This document shows positions 42,207 to 53,359 of a stretch of 64,000 bases of DNA, in pieces (the stretch's first letter is position 1; each line of letters begins with the position of its first letter). The stretch is from Naegleria gruberi (Eukaryota). A model generated the notes under the pieces. The model was not told the origin of the DNA. It ran no database searches and worked only from the letters and a program-made list of their open reading frames with translations. Made by a program: the position numbers and the translations under genes. Location of the stretch: the NCBI GenBank assembly GCA_000004985.1, contig GG738848.1; one strand, 5' to 3'.

Positions 42207-43121
42207 ATGACTGAACGTGATGATCATCAGTACTCCAAAGCTGACTGCAAATGTTTGAACGTCCGATCAAGTTGTACGGAAGGTGGAGAAGCAACAAGCC
42301 TTCAACACGAAAAGTCAATGATGATGATCAAGCGTGATTGTAGTAGTATTTGTTCGAGCGTTGTTGTTTCTGAGGATCATAAGGAAGTGATTGGTAGTGT
42401 TTTGTATGACGGCAGGAAGTACTCTTCGTCCACATGCAATAGTAGGGAAGTTAAAAGCTCTTCACAAAAACCATTGCGAGAGAGAAGACATTTTGTATTA
42501 TCACCCCTTTCAACGTTTGACTCTAAAGAGGTCCACCAACACGTACTTTTAGAGTGTAAAGAGAAAGAATTGTATTTTAAAACCAAGCCGTCGAGGAGAG
42601 GAAACAAAATTGAAGAAATTTTGAATCTCTTTGAGAGAAACACCCAAATAATAGAACCTACTTCCCAACAACCAACCGAAACCAAAGACTTGAGCGATAG
42701 AGTCTCCTGTAAATATATTCCTACCAATCACAGAAATGTAAATCAGATTATTCTCTTTAGAAGAGATGAGCAACATCATGGTATGTCTTTGACTAAACAC
42801 CAACATTCAACAATCATTCAAAAATCATCACCACAAAAACCTTCGGTACAAAAATCTTTCAAACGAAAATTTATTGAATTAGAAGAAAGTTGTAGTACTT
42901 TTCCACACGTTAACAATTCCCCTTCAATGAAGAGGTTAATTGTTGCTGCACCTACACCAATAATAGCAAAGGAATTATCAAACAACTCTTCACTTCCAAA
43001 GACTGCATCAGTTTTTGCACATGCCAAATTGCGCAAACAGAAAGCAGCTGCTTTGAAACAGTCAGCTCTTAACACCACCATCATCACTCCTAACTGTACT
43101 TTTCATGACAGGATAGCGTAA
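42207..43121 (+). CDS. S-rich hypothetical protein
   Basis: 304-aa ORF with A8 before the ATG. Ser/Cys-rich with basic patches. No domain recognised. Confidence 0.4.
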   Translation: MTERDDHQYSKADCKCLNVRSSCTEGGEATSLQHEKSMMMIKRDCSSICSSVVVSEDHKEVIGSVLYDGRKYSSSTCNSREVKSSSQKPLRERRHFVLSPLSTFDSKEVHQHVLLECKEKELYFKTKPSRRGNKIEEILNLFERNTQIIEPTSQQPTETKDLSDRVSCKYIPTNHRNVNQIILFRRDEQHHGMSLTKHQHSTIIQKSSPQKPSVQKSFKRKFIELEESCSTFPHVNNSPSMKRLIVAAPTPIIAKELSNNSSLPKTASVFAHAKLRKQKAAALKQSALNTTIITPNCTFHDRIA

Positions 43122-43326
43122 ATCATTTCTATTTGAAGAGAGATGAATAAATGCTTCATTCCAAGAAATTCTCGAATATTTATTTTCCTTAATAAAATTA
43201 TTTGAATTTTTCAAACGGAAAATCAATCAATTTTGTAATTTTGTCCAACCTTCTTTCAATACCGTCAGCAAAATCATTTTAATTATCGAGTCATCATTTT
43301 TCTCATTACTATTCAACAACAATATT

Positions 43327-43785
43327 TTAAACTCCTTTGAATAAAGATAATATCAATCTAATAATCCACTCCAAACCTAGCCAATTGCTAGTATTGTTAT
43401 TATTTAATTTTCTCAATCCTGATGTAGTATTATGTTCTATAATTTCCGAATTATGTTTTTCACTCCCTGCTAAAACAACTGATGTAGTATGTTTCCGATG
43501 AAGATCAACAATATTATAATTTCTAAATGCCTTCTCCATCAATTCCGATCTCTTTCTTTCCAATTGATTTTCCAAACCTTGTTTCTTTTGTTGCAATTTT
43601 TGAACATTTCTTGTCATGGTTTGTTCACTACCCAACAATTGTTCAATCATCATCTTGTCATTTATTGTTGTAGAAACATCTCCGAACATGAATCGTTCAA
43701 TCACCTCCCTCACCAACACTCTAATATTTGTAAAATTGAGTTTTTGTTGTCTGGTTGATGAATTTCTTGTTGCATTTTCGTTCAT
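43327..43785 (-). CDS. Small coiled-coil hypothetical protein
   Basis: 152-aa ATG-initiated ORF. Q/K/E-rich heptads (VQKLQQKKQGLENQLERKRSELMEK). Confidence 0.35.
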   Translation of the reverse strand: MNENATRNSSTRQQKLNFTNIRVLVREVIERFMFGDVSTTINDKMMIEQLLGSEQTMTRNVQKLQQKKQGLENQLERKRSELMEKAFRNYNIVDLHRKHTTSVVLAGSEKHNSEIIEHNTTSGLRKLNNNNTSNWLGLEWIIRLILSLFKGV

Positions 43786-44126
43786 TTTTATGAGTGTGGG
43801 AAATCATGAGGAAAATTTCAAATTTTCAATTTGCAATGAAGGTGAGGTAAGCATCTCTCCTACTGTTGTAAATTTGCTTTTGAATGAATAGAGGTTCCAT
43901 TTCAATAAAAATCTTTCTTTCCAAGCAAAAACCAATCCATGCCATATGTGGTCAATTTATCCAAAGCACCCTTATCTCATTTACCACCACTACAATAATG
44001 TTATGGCACTAAGGCTTCCCAATTAAAAACGAAACTTATTAATCAATTATTTAAGAGGAATAATTTGAGTGGATGGTCTCTTGAATGATAGGTAAAAGAA
44101 GCTATTTGGTGATGAAAGTTAGTGTT

Positions 44127-45410
44127 TTAAAAGTGAATTACAACATTTGTTGAATATTTCAATTTCTTGAGAGTCATCATTCCTTCCTCACTAATATTGT
44201 TTTGAGCAATCCGCAATGTTTTCAATTTTGTCAATCTAGTGAGTGATTTTGCTCCATCATCTCCAATGTCATTATTTCTAATATCGAGTTCAGTTAAATT
44301 TTCCATTGTACTAATTGATTTGGCACCTTTGTCACTTACAATATTGGAATCTATACATAGATTTTTCAACTGTGATATTTCACTAATTGATTTGGCACTC
44401 TTGTCACCAATATTATTTTCTTGAATAAAGAGACTAGTTAATTGTTTCATTGAGCTGAAAACCTCAGCTGATTGATCGCTAATAGAATTATATCCAACAT
44501 CCAAGTTGGTCAATTTCTTCAATTTTACAATAGATTCATCAAGTGATGATATCCTATTGAGAGACACTCTCAGAAACGTTAAATTTTCCAGCTTTGAAAT
44601 AGGCCCAATTGACCTAAGGCCATTGTTAGCACAATCAAGATATGTAAGATTGATCAATTCACTGATAGATTCCAACCCTTCATTATGTGGAATGCAAACA
44701 CCACAATAGCTAATATCTAGAATGGTTAAATTTTTCAATTTTCCAATTAATTTGGCACCATCTGAGTATAAACTATTTGAAGCAATGTGAAGTTCAGTTA
44801 ATTGATCAAGTTGACTAATCGATTGAAACACATCTTCATAGTCTATACAACAACCAACAGCGCAAAGTTTCTTTAGATTGGTTAGTTGTTTCAATTTTTT
44901 AAATCCTCCATTCCACCTATGACACTGTTTTCTATTAATATCCAGCTCAGTCAATTGTGTCATTTCAAAAACCCCATTGAGTGCATTGCTGTCTACATCT
45001 GCGTACAAATAAAGAGATTTTAATTGTTTCAATTGACTAATTGCCTTGATTCCATCTTCTCCAATTTTCAATCCGCTAATATCAAGTTTGGTCAACTGAG
45101 ACATCTTTGCAAATATTCCACAATACCTTGAACAATCCTTTGATCCGAATGTTTCCACATGAACACCCACAATACAATCTAAAAATTGACTTCTTTTCAA
45201 CAAGGATTCCATCTTGTTTGTTAATTTCTTCTTAAATTCAAGCAAAAATTTAGAATAATTTAGAATAATATTTAACCACTGTTTGGAAATAAAGGAACAA
45301 GTCTGCATGAGAAATTTAGAATCATCAATGTAGGAAATAATTTCGCAACAAATGTCATCAGAGAATATTTCATAACTCTGATCGGAACGTTGTGTTTTGA
45401 GTCGTTTCAT
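44127..45410 (-). CDS. F-box-like / RNI-type leucine-rich-repeat protein
   Basis: N-terminal F-box-like DICCEIISYIDDSKFLMQTCSFISKQW. About 12 regular 24-28-aa LRRs of the ribonuclease-inhibitor type (LTELDISGLKIGEDGIKAISQLKQLKSLYL...). Confidence 0.55.
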   Translation of the reverse strand: MKRLKTQRSDQSYEIFSDDICCEIISYIDDSKFLMQTCSFISKQWLNIILNYSKFLLEFKKKLTNKMESLLKRSQFLDCIVGVHVETFGSKDCSRYCGIFAKMSQLTKLDISGLKIGEDGIKAISQLKQLKSLYLYADVDSNALNGVFEMTQLTELDINRKQCHRWNGGFKKLKQLTNLKKLCAVGCCIDYEDVFQSISQLDQLTELHIASNSLYSDGAKLIGKLKNLTILDISYCGVCIPHNEGLESISELINLTYLDCANNGLRSIGPISKLENLTFLRVSLNRISSLDESIVKLKKLTNLDVGYNSISDQSAEVFSSMKQLTSLFIQENNIGDKSAKSISEISQLKNLCIDSNIVSDKGAKSISTMENLTELDIRNNDIGDDGAKSLTRLTKLKTLRIAQNNISEEGMMTLKKLKYSTNVVIHF

Positions 45411-45759
45411 TTTTTTAAATCAACCAACTTCTAGCCTTTGAAATTGATTATTGTAAAGATCAATTTGATCCCTCCCCACATCTTAGATGAAGTTTTATTC
45501 TTACTAGCTAGATTTTTGCACCAACATGAATCCAACAATTAAAACCATTTTTTCATTTTTTTCAATTTCAGAAAAAACTTTTCTTATTCTGCTCTATAAT
45601 TTCCATTCCTTTGTATTATACCCACCAACTCCTACTGACCTTTCACTCCATGTTATCTTGTTACCTCAATTCCCATACTGTCATCATCTCCTCAATTAAT
45701 TGATTGTTTGCCCACTGATGATTTATTCAAAATATATTTTAATTTCAACAAAGAAAAAA

Positions 45760-48700
45760 ATGGAGCTCCATACAATTAGCCATGCAAATAAGAGGCGAAA
45801 AATATCAGCAGCAGCTCTTGTAGTAGTGGTGATGATGGGTATCATGATGATGGCCCAATTATTGTCGGCTGAAAGGTTAAAGAGTGAGAAGAATTGGTTG
45901 GAAATTGCTAGAATGACAGCATCTTCATCATCCAACCTCCGAAGAAGTAATATGATGACAGCATCTTCAGTATCCATTTCGGGTTTGGATGGAGGAAGAA
46001 GAAAAATTACATTGGATGACGTCAAGACTCTCAAGAGAGATGGATTTTTAAATTTGGATGCTTTCAAGAGTAATCCTTTTGTTGCTGTTGATAATTCTTG
46101 GTTGCATGATTTGAATCATATGATTAATAGAAAGGATCAACAACAACATGTTATTGTTACATTGAAGAAGGATGGAAAGTTGAATAGCAATATTCTTTCT
46201 ACAATGATTGGCCAACAATCATTCACTGCCAATGTTGACATGACACAATTGGAAAGGTTAGTAGTAGAGGAAATTATATGATTGTCTAAATTTCTGTATA
46301 ATTTTGCTTGTCAAATTATTAATTAGCTTATTGATGGATGACAATGTGGAAAAGGTTGAATATTTTGACCCAATTTACAAGTTTGTCGTTTCTCAATTTT
46401 CTCAAGAAAATTCAGGCTCCCAACAATTAGATCTCGACATTAATGGAAATATAAAGGATACTATGCAACCAACACCATCTAAAAAGGAAAAGGATTGGAG
46501 ACTTACTTTCCAAGATAAAAATGGAGAAGAATTCGTTGTTTTGAGAGTTATTGCTGAAGAATTGACCAACGAAAGAGAATTGAATGGTTTGGAAAGAGTT
46601 TTCAATAATATCAAATCATCATCTAATGGTGCCATTTCTACTATCAAGAGAGCAGGATCAAAGAAATTCATGATGTCTGTCAAGAAGAGTCAAGCTCTTG
46701 CTCTTTCATATGAAATTTCCAAGATTTCTAACATCTTTTGGGTTGAACCAGCTCCAAGAAATGAAGTACACAATCATTGGGCTAAGGGTATCACTCAAAG
46801 TGGTTCTCCATTCGTTGAACCAGTTACTGCTAGAGGAATTACAGGAAAGGGTCAAATTGTTACTGTTGGTGACTCTGGTTTAGATCCAAACTCTTGTTTC
46901 TTCTATGATCCAGATCATGCTTGTCCATACACTAACGTAACCACCAATCTCAAAGTAAGCAACCACAGAAAGATTGCCTCTTACTGGTCTGCTATTGATG
47001 ATGTTTCTGAAGACGATGCTCACGGCACACACGTCAGTGGTACAGTTGTCTCTCAATCCATTGTAGGTTCACTCAGTGAACATGATGGTATTGCACCTGA
47101 TGCAAAGGTTGCCTTTACTGATGTTGGTTGTTCTGATCCAAAAGGTTGTACATGCAAGGGTACTCCTAAGGGATGTCCTTGCGATTTGATGGGTGGTGTC
47201 TGTAGTCCAAATGAAAATGCCATCTATCCACCTAATTCCATGTCTGAAGACTACTTCCCATATGCCTATAATTTAGGAAGTAGAGTTCACACAAACAGTT
47301 GGGGAGAATCATCTGGAGTTTTGGGATATAGTAGTGATTCAGCAGATATTGACAAATTTATTTGGGAACATAAGGACTTTTTAATCTTGTTCTCAGCTGG
47401 TAATAGTGGAAGTGCTTCAGGTTATTCTTCTGTTTCCACACAAGCTGACTCTAAGAACGTTATTGCTGTTGGTGCCTCAATGAATCCAGTCTCAAATTTC
47501 AAATATATTACAGATAATATTTTGGATATGGAATACTATACTACCAGATATGCTCAACAACTCATGAACATGTATGGTTGTCCACCTGTTAACGTCACCT
47601 CTTCAGATAGTTGTGATCAAATTTCATCATCAGTTCTCAAAGTGTGCAACTTTTTGAGAAATTTCAAGACTGAAGCCGATTGTTGCAGTACTGAAGGTGA
47701 ATATTGTTCTGGAACTGGATGTGGATGTAACTTTTTTGGACTTGGAAGTCAATGTTGTAGAAAGTGTAGATCTGCCAAATATGATTCAAACTTGTCTAAA
47801 ATGATTTACAATTCTGAAAATATTGCCTACTTTAGTAGTAGAGGACCAGCTTCTGATGGTAGAATTAAGCCAGATATTGTTGCTCCTGGCTATTTTATTC
47901 TTAGTGCTCGTTCACACAATACTCTCTCACCAATGACTTGTGCTGAATCTAGTACATCTGTTGCCAAGTCTGTTACTCAAATGGGAGGTACATCAATGTC
48001 ATGTCCGTTAACCGTACGTATTTATTTCTTAATATTAACAATATTCAAAAAATTTTAATTACTATTAATTCAATAGGCTGCTAATGCTTTACTTGTTAGA
48101 CAATACTATGTCGAAGGATGGCATTCAACAGGAAAGAATGACAGTTCAAAGGGATTTGCTCCATCAGCTGCTCTTATGAAGGCCACTTTAATCAACTCTG
48201 GTGTTCCATTGCTTGGTTATTTGGACTTCTCTGGAACTTACATTCCAATTCATGACACAAGTAAGGACCCATTCTTCAACCTTCAAAGCAAATACATCGA
48301 AGGTTTTGGTAGAGTTCAATTGGATCGTGTATTGATGTTTGATAATAGTACTAGAAAATTATTAGTCGGAAGAAAGGACAATATTAAGACTAGCTCCAAG
48401 ATTACTACAGAGTTTGGAGATCCAGTCATTTCCTCAACAGAAGATTCCCATACTTATTGTGTTGCTCCAAAGAGTTCTGGTAAGATGAATGATGTCAAGA
48501 TTACTCTTGTTTGGACAGATTATCCAAGTAATCCTGCCAGATCCAAGCACCTGATCAACAATTTGGATCTTGGTGTTAAGGTCAATCAAGATATTTACTT
48601 TGGTAATGCTGAAGAAAAGAATACTTTCGAAAGAGATAATACCAACAATGTTGAACAAGTTATCATTTCAAACACTGATTCCAGAATTGTTATCAATGTT

Positions 48701-49015
48701 GCTGCTTCCTACATTTTCAAGGCACAAAGTTATGCATTGGTTATTACTGGTGAAAATGTTAAATTTGACGAATGTACATCAAGCGATTACTTTGAATACT
48801 CTGCCACAGCCAAGAGCTTCTCGAGCAGTCTTGGAACTGGTATCAAAATCTTTGGATTTGATCTTGCCTTGGTTATGGTATTCATTGTTTTGGTTCTCCT
48901 CATTATTGCTGTTGCAGCCATCGCAACTTGTGTCTTTTCATTCTTTGTTTGGAAGAAACAAAGTCAACCTCAACAATTCGCACGATTGGAAGATGAAAAC
49001 ACTCGTGAATTGTAA
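45760..49015 (+). CDS. Subtilisin-like serine protease (peptidase S8), membrane-anchored, 3 exons
   Basis: Exons 45760..46256, 46327..48013 and 48077..49015. Intron 1 is AG|GTTAGT ... AATTAG|C, phase 2. Intron 2 is ACC|GTACGT ... CAATAG|GCT, phase 0. Catalytic triad motifs VTVGDSGLD, DDAHGTHVSGTV, NSWG and GGTSMSCPL. Signal-anchor-like N-terminus, Cys-rich insert, C-terminal TM LALVMVFIVLVLLIIAVAAIATCVF. About 1040 aa. Start 45760 (A7 context) is preferred over the track's 45700. Confidence 0.7.
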
Positions 49016-49166
49016 TCTTTAAACTATTTATTAAATTCAAAACAAACTTATTTATGATTTGATATGTATTTTACCATACCAATCACTACAAAATCTCTAG
49101 AAAACCTTATCAACAACCTTCACCTTGACAATTGCTAAGGATTTTTGAAGTTTGGTTTCCTTGATA

Positions 49167-51410
49167 TTACACATTTTTGAGAGGCGTATCCTGTATGTGT
49201 TCTTGTAAACTGTTGATAGCTTTCCACTCAATATATTGTTCTGTCCTTTGCAAACGTGAAAAAGTATCTCCAATATTGAACATGAGATCCAACATGATAA
49301 CTTTGTACAATTGTTGAATTGTCACACCACTTGCTCTTCGTGATGTGTTACCTCTTGGTGTTGCATCTTCCAGTGATACATTTTCCACTTGATTCGTCAG
49401 ATTTCTGCATGTTTCTACTAACTCTAAAAACTTTTCTTTGGTGCTATGTGAAATGTTAACTTCATACTTTGCGTAAGTTCTCACAAATTCCTCCTCAAAT
49501 TTCAACAAATCATTCAAGGAAACGGTCTTGTCCATTTGTGCAAAATTATTAGACCATTGCCTAATCTTTTCAAAGCACAGAACATTTTCTAAACTGTATT
49601 CATTTCTTGAGTATTCTGTCAATAATTCTCTGATGGAGGCATTGGTAGCCAAAAGATTCTCCAATTCACTTTGTTCTTTCTTTTCCACTCCTCTGAATCT
49701 AATCTTATTAACTATCTCCACAATCATTGAATTTCCTCCACAAATCATCAAGATACAAAAGCAGGCAACTGTATTGAGAAAACCACCAACTGGACCCAAA
49801 CTACCATCGATAGGTAATGCCAGTAAACCAATTACAATACCCAAAGCAATCAAAAAAATTAGGAAGAATGATATCAAATCAATTCTGATGTGGAATGGAT
49901 CGTCAAACAATAAGAATTTCATGATACCATCCTGCTTAATTTTCTTTCGATTCATAACCATATCAATGACAAGGGCTAACATGGCAATAAGGCAACCAAT
50001 AATGAAATAAGCAAAGAGATTGATGGTTCTGAAAATAACTGAAGTGCTACTGTCAGTAAAAAAGCAAAAAATACCATCAGATGATATTACAAGTGCCAGT
50101 CCAAATGAAAATAGTCCTGTGAAAACAAACCCAAATTTGGAAGAGGCCAGAAACCTGTGCATTTTCTTGTGGTTAGAAGTCGAAATGATTTGATACAAGT
50201 TTCTCAAGTACACAAATCGAATCACTGTAAATGTGTAAATGAGAACCCAATATATGGTAATAACCATGGCCACATAATGCACTGGAGCACTGCATACAAA
50301 CGACATGAACGATGTGAATAGAATAAACATGACCCAGCTCAGTAGTGGAATGTAAGGCACAAGCATACGTCTTTTGAGTGATGGCAATTTGAAACTTCCC
50401 GTAGAGAATAAACAAATAAAGTAAATGAGTGTGAGTGAAGTGTAAGCTATGATGAAATAGTCTCCATTAATGAAATTCTCTCCCAAACAGTTTGTAGTGG
50501 TACAAAAGTGACAAGTAGAAGGGAAGAGACGAGACATTACATAATCATTCGACCAATAAAGAGATGTCAAATTATTCAGTGCTAGAAATGATGCTTGGTT
50601 ACTTGTCAAGAGTGAAGTATCGTACTGAAGTGAAATATTCAATACATATTCCAATGTCTGAATATGCAACGGTGTGAACATGGAATACCCAGTTAAAAAC
50701 CTTAAAATTTCAGCATCTGCAATATTTGAATTTTCACAAGTCATTGGACTAATTTCAAAAACATTCTGAGATGCATTCACTCCCTCAATAGACATGCCAT
50801 TTCTATTCTTAATATAAACCATCGAGGGTATCAATGGAAATGGTTTGAAATCATACGAATTAATGAGACCATTTGCTGACTTGGTTTTCTGGTCTCCAAA
50901 ATAGTCCCTGTATCCTCTGACAAAGTACGTAAAATTGTACGTGTCCATCAACACTCCACCAAACGACTCAAATGGATTGATATTCCTTCCACAGGGCATC
51001 AATGTTGGATTGATGACAGTAGTGGAAATAATCCTGTCATGCGATGATGAAATATTGTTGAATGAGAGCCACTTGTTGAAATATCGGAGGTTATCTTGCT
51101 GGGATACTCCAATAGCCACTTGTTGATTGGTGCCAATAATCTGATTCTTCCCCAGGAATTGAACCAATTCATTGATGGTTGAATTTGACGAGGAGAAATT
51201 TGCGGCCAGAGGAGAATTGACCGAAACGAAGAGAGTCAAGAATGATTTCACGCCAACAATGATATCCTTCGCTATCAAATCTCTAACATCCACCAGAGAA
51301 ATCCCATCACCATTAGTGGCAGTGGCCAGCACAGTGCAAAGCAATGTTGGTGATGAACTCACAACCAACAAGACGAGTAGCAGAAAACCCACAAAAAACG
51401 GTGGGCGCAT
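49167..51410 (-). CDS. Signal-peptide, large ectodomain, 7TM and C-terminal RGS domain protein (receptor-like RGS)
   Basis: Signal peptide MRPPFFVGFLLLVLLVVSSSP. About 320-aa N-glycosylation-rich ectodomain. Seven hydrophobic helices (FIIAYTSLTLIYFICLF ... TVACFCILMICGGNSMIV). RGS box NEYSLENVLCFEKIRQW...FEEEFVRTYAKYEVNIS. 747 aa, single exon. Confidence 0.65.
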   Translation of the reverse strand: MRPPFFVGFLLLVLLVVSSSPTLLCTVLATATNGDGISLVDVRDLIAKDIIVGVKSFLTLFVSVNSPLAANFSSSNSTINELVQFLGKNQIIGTNQQVAIGVSQQDNLRYFNKWLSFNNISSSHDRIISTTVINPTLMPCGRNINPFESFGGVLMDTYNFTYFVRGYRDYFGDQKTKSANGLINSYDFKPFPLIPSMVYIKNRNGMSIEGVNASQNVFEISPMTCENSNIADAEILRFLTGYSMFTPLHIQTLEYVLNISLQYDTSLLTSNQASFLALNNLTSLYWSNDYVMSRLFPSTCHFCTTTNCLGENFINGDYFIIAYTSLTLIYFICLFSTGSFKLPSLKRRMLVPYIPLLSWVMFILFTSFMSFVCSAPVHYVAMVITIYWVLIYTFTVIRFVYLRNLYQIISTSNHKKMHRFLASSKFGFVFTGLFSFGLALVISSDGIFCFFTDSSTSVIFRTINLFAYFIIGCLIAMLALVIDMVMNRKKIKQDGIMKFLLFDDPFHIRIDLISFFLIFLIALGIVIGLLALPIDGSLGPVGGFLNTVACFCILMICGGNSMIVEIVNKIRFRGVEKKEQSELENLLATNASIRELLTEYSRNEYSLENVLCFEKIRQWSNNFAQMDKTVSLNDLLKFEEEFVRTYAKYEVNISHSTKEKFLELVETCRNLTNQVENVSLEDATPRGNTSRRASGVTIQQLYKVIMLDLMFNIGDTFSRLQRTEQYIEWKAINSLQEHIQDTPLKNV

Positions 51411-51857
51411 TTTTTTTTTAAAAATGAAAGCGGAACGAGAATAATGTTTTTGGAAAAGTTTGACACTTTATGAAGTAGCAAAGGAACAAGAAGGATTTCA
51501 ATGCATTATCGATACAATCAGTTAAAGAAGTATAATGTATACATGGGGTTTCTTGATAAATAGTTGAATGTAAAGTTTTTTCATGTTTATTCTCTATGAA
51601 AATCAATGTTGCTTTCCTGTATGTACACATTCGCATGATTGGAAGATGATAAATTATTCTCAAATGCATTTTTCCACCATTTCACAAATACATCAACTAA
51701 TTCATGCCATTTCTGTATTTCCAATTTTGGAAAGAGCAATCCTAATCTGGTTGTACTCAGACTCTCATTAAGATTTTAAAAAACTGTAGCCAATATTTCA
51801 TAATATCGTGTAAAAATTCAATAATTTTGTCCAAAATCTAATCTTGTTGCCAATAAT

Positions 51858-53048
51858 TCATAAACATTCGTCATTACTATTATATTTCAAGTATTGAGGA
51901 ACAATTCTTGACACCTCATTTAGTGTTAATTGTAAAACATCATTTCCAAAATCAATATCATTGTCAGTGTCCATTTCGTCTTCTTTTTCAACTGAAGAAT
52001 TTTCGTTGTCATCCAAAGATTTGATTTCATATGGTGATTCAGTTTTTACCATTTGAGTTTTGACTTTTTCAAAGTATGTCTTTCCAAACTTGTGACAATA
52101 TGATAAACTCACTTCCTTCTTTGTAATCTTTGTAATAGCTTCATAGATGGTCTTATCTGAGATTTGCTTGCAATTGACATCATCTCTTTGAGAATTAATT
52201 TCCAAAATGACAGAAGTAATTTCTTCAGCTGTTAATTTGGGAGATTTACAACCTCTTGAAAGTTTTTCTTTTCCAGTCAAACAGTTATCATCAAATTGTG
52301 CTAAAATTCTTCCTAATTGATGAATAGAAATCTTATTTTGTTTACAATATAATGATTTTGAACCGTATTCTCTTTGTGGATGGTTTGTGGTATATCGTTT
52401 CGCATGTATCAACATTTCTTCTCTGGACAGTTGAGTGTAAGAGTTCTTCACCTGTTTCCTCTTGAAAGACACTACCAAGGGCACTATAGTATTTGATTTA
52501 TCTGTTAAAGTACTGATGGAAAGCAGAGTATTTTCTGATGAATTGGAGGATTTATGAAAATTCTCTGCCTTCTCTGTCCAATCATTAATTAATTTTTCTT
52601 CTGCTTTTGAAATTTCATCTTCTTTCGGAGTTGTTGTTGTTGAAGATGATGATGATGAAGAATATAATTTAGTAATAATTTCTTGAATCAGTGTCTCTTT
52701 CAATGCTGATACCCCATGGTGTGTAACTTTAAATTCTTCCTTCAATAAATCTCTCAAGATTCTATTGGAGAATAGTCGTAACTTGTTTGCTGTTATTAAT
52801 TTCTTCTCGGCAACAGCTTCATCGTACACAATCTCTTCACTTTTCATTGTGTTGTGTTCGTGATGATCATCATTATTATTGGATTTTTCTTGTAATACTT
52901 GTTTTTTGCTATCATCTTGTGTTTGGCAAGTCCAATCGTTGAAATATAATGTATCAATGTTGTGGATATTTGCTAATGAAAGAACAACGTCGACGTTCTG
53001 TGGTGGAGTATTGTTGGATAGCTTAATAACCTTTCTAATTCTTCTCAT
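51858..53048 (-). CDS. Hypothetical S/K/E-rich protein
   Basis: 396-aa ATG-initiated ORF. Poly-S and poly-T runs. No domain recognised. Confidence 0.4.
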   Translation of the reverse strand: MRRIRKVIKLSNNTPPQNVDVVLSLANIHNIDTLYFNDWTCQTQDDSKKQVLQEKSNNNDDHHEHNTMKSEEIVYDEAVAEKKLITANKLRLFSNRILRDLLKEEFKVTHHGVSALKETLIQEIITKLYSSSSSSSTTTTPKEDEISKAEEKLINDWTEKAENFHKSSNSSENTLLSISTLTDKSNTIVPLVVSFKRKQVKNSYTQLSREEMLIHAKRYTTNHPQREYGSKSLYCKQNKISIHQLGRILAQFDDNCLTGKEKLSRGCKSPKLTAEEITSVILEINSQRDDVNCKQISDKTIYEAITKITKKEVSLSYCHKFGKTYFEKVKTQMVKTESPYEIKSLDDNENSSVEKEDEMDTDNDIDFGNDVLQLTLNEVSRIVPQYLKYNSNDECL

Positions 53049-53359
53049 TTAGTTTTTTTGATTGTTTTCGTCTTTTGAGAGGAAAATGTTCGAGTTTGTT
53101 TGCATCTTGGAAATCCACAAAAATCAAGAATTGTAAAGTGATACAATTTTTAAAATCAAATTGTTGTAAAAAAAATACTTTGATCCAATTTGAATAAAAA
53201 GAAAATCAAAGAACCTTGCCTAAATATATTGAAGACATAAATCAAAAAAGAATTTAAACTTTTATAATTTTTCTTCGAGTAATAAAGAAGGTATTTCCAA
53301 AATAGTGCAAATAATTAATTTGTAAATTACTATATCCATCCAATCTATAAAATGTACCA

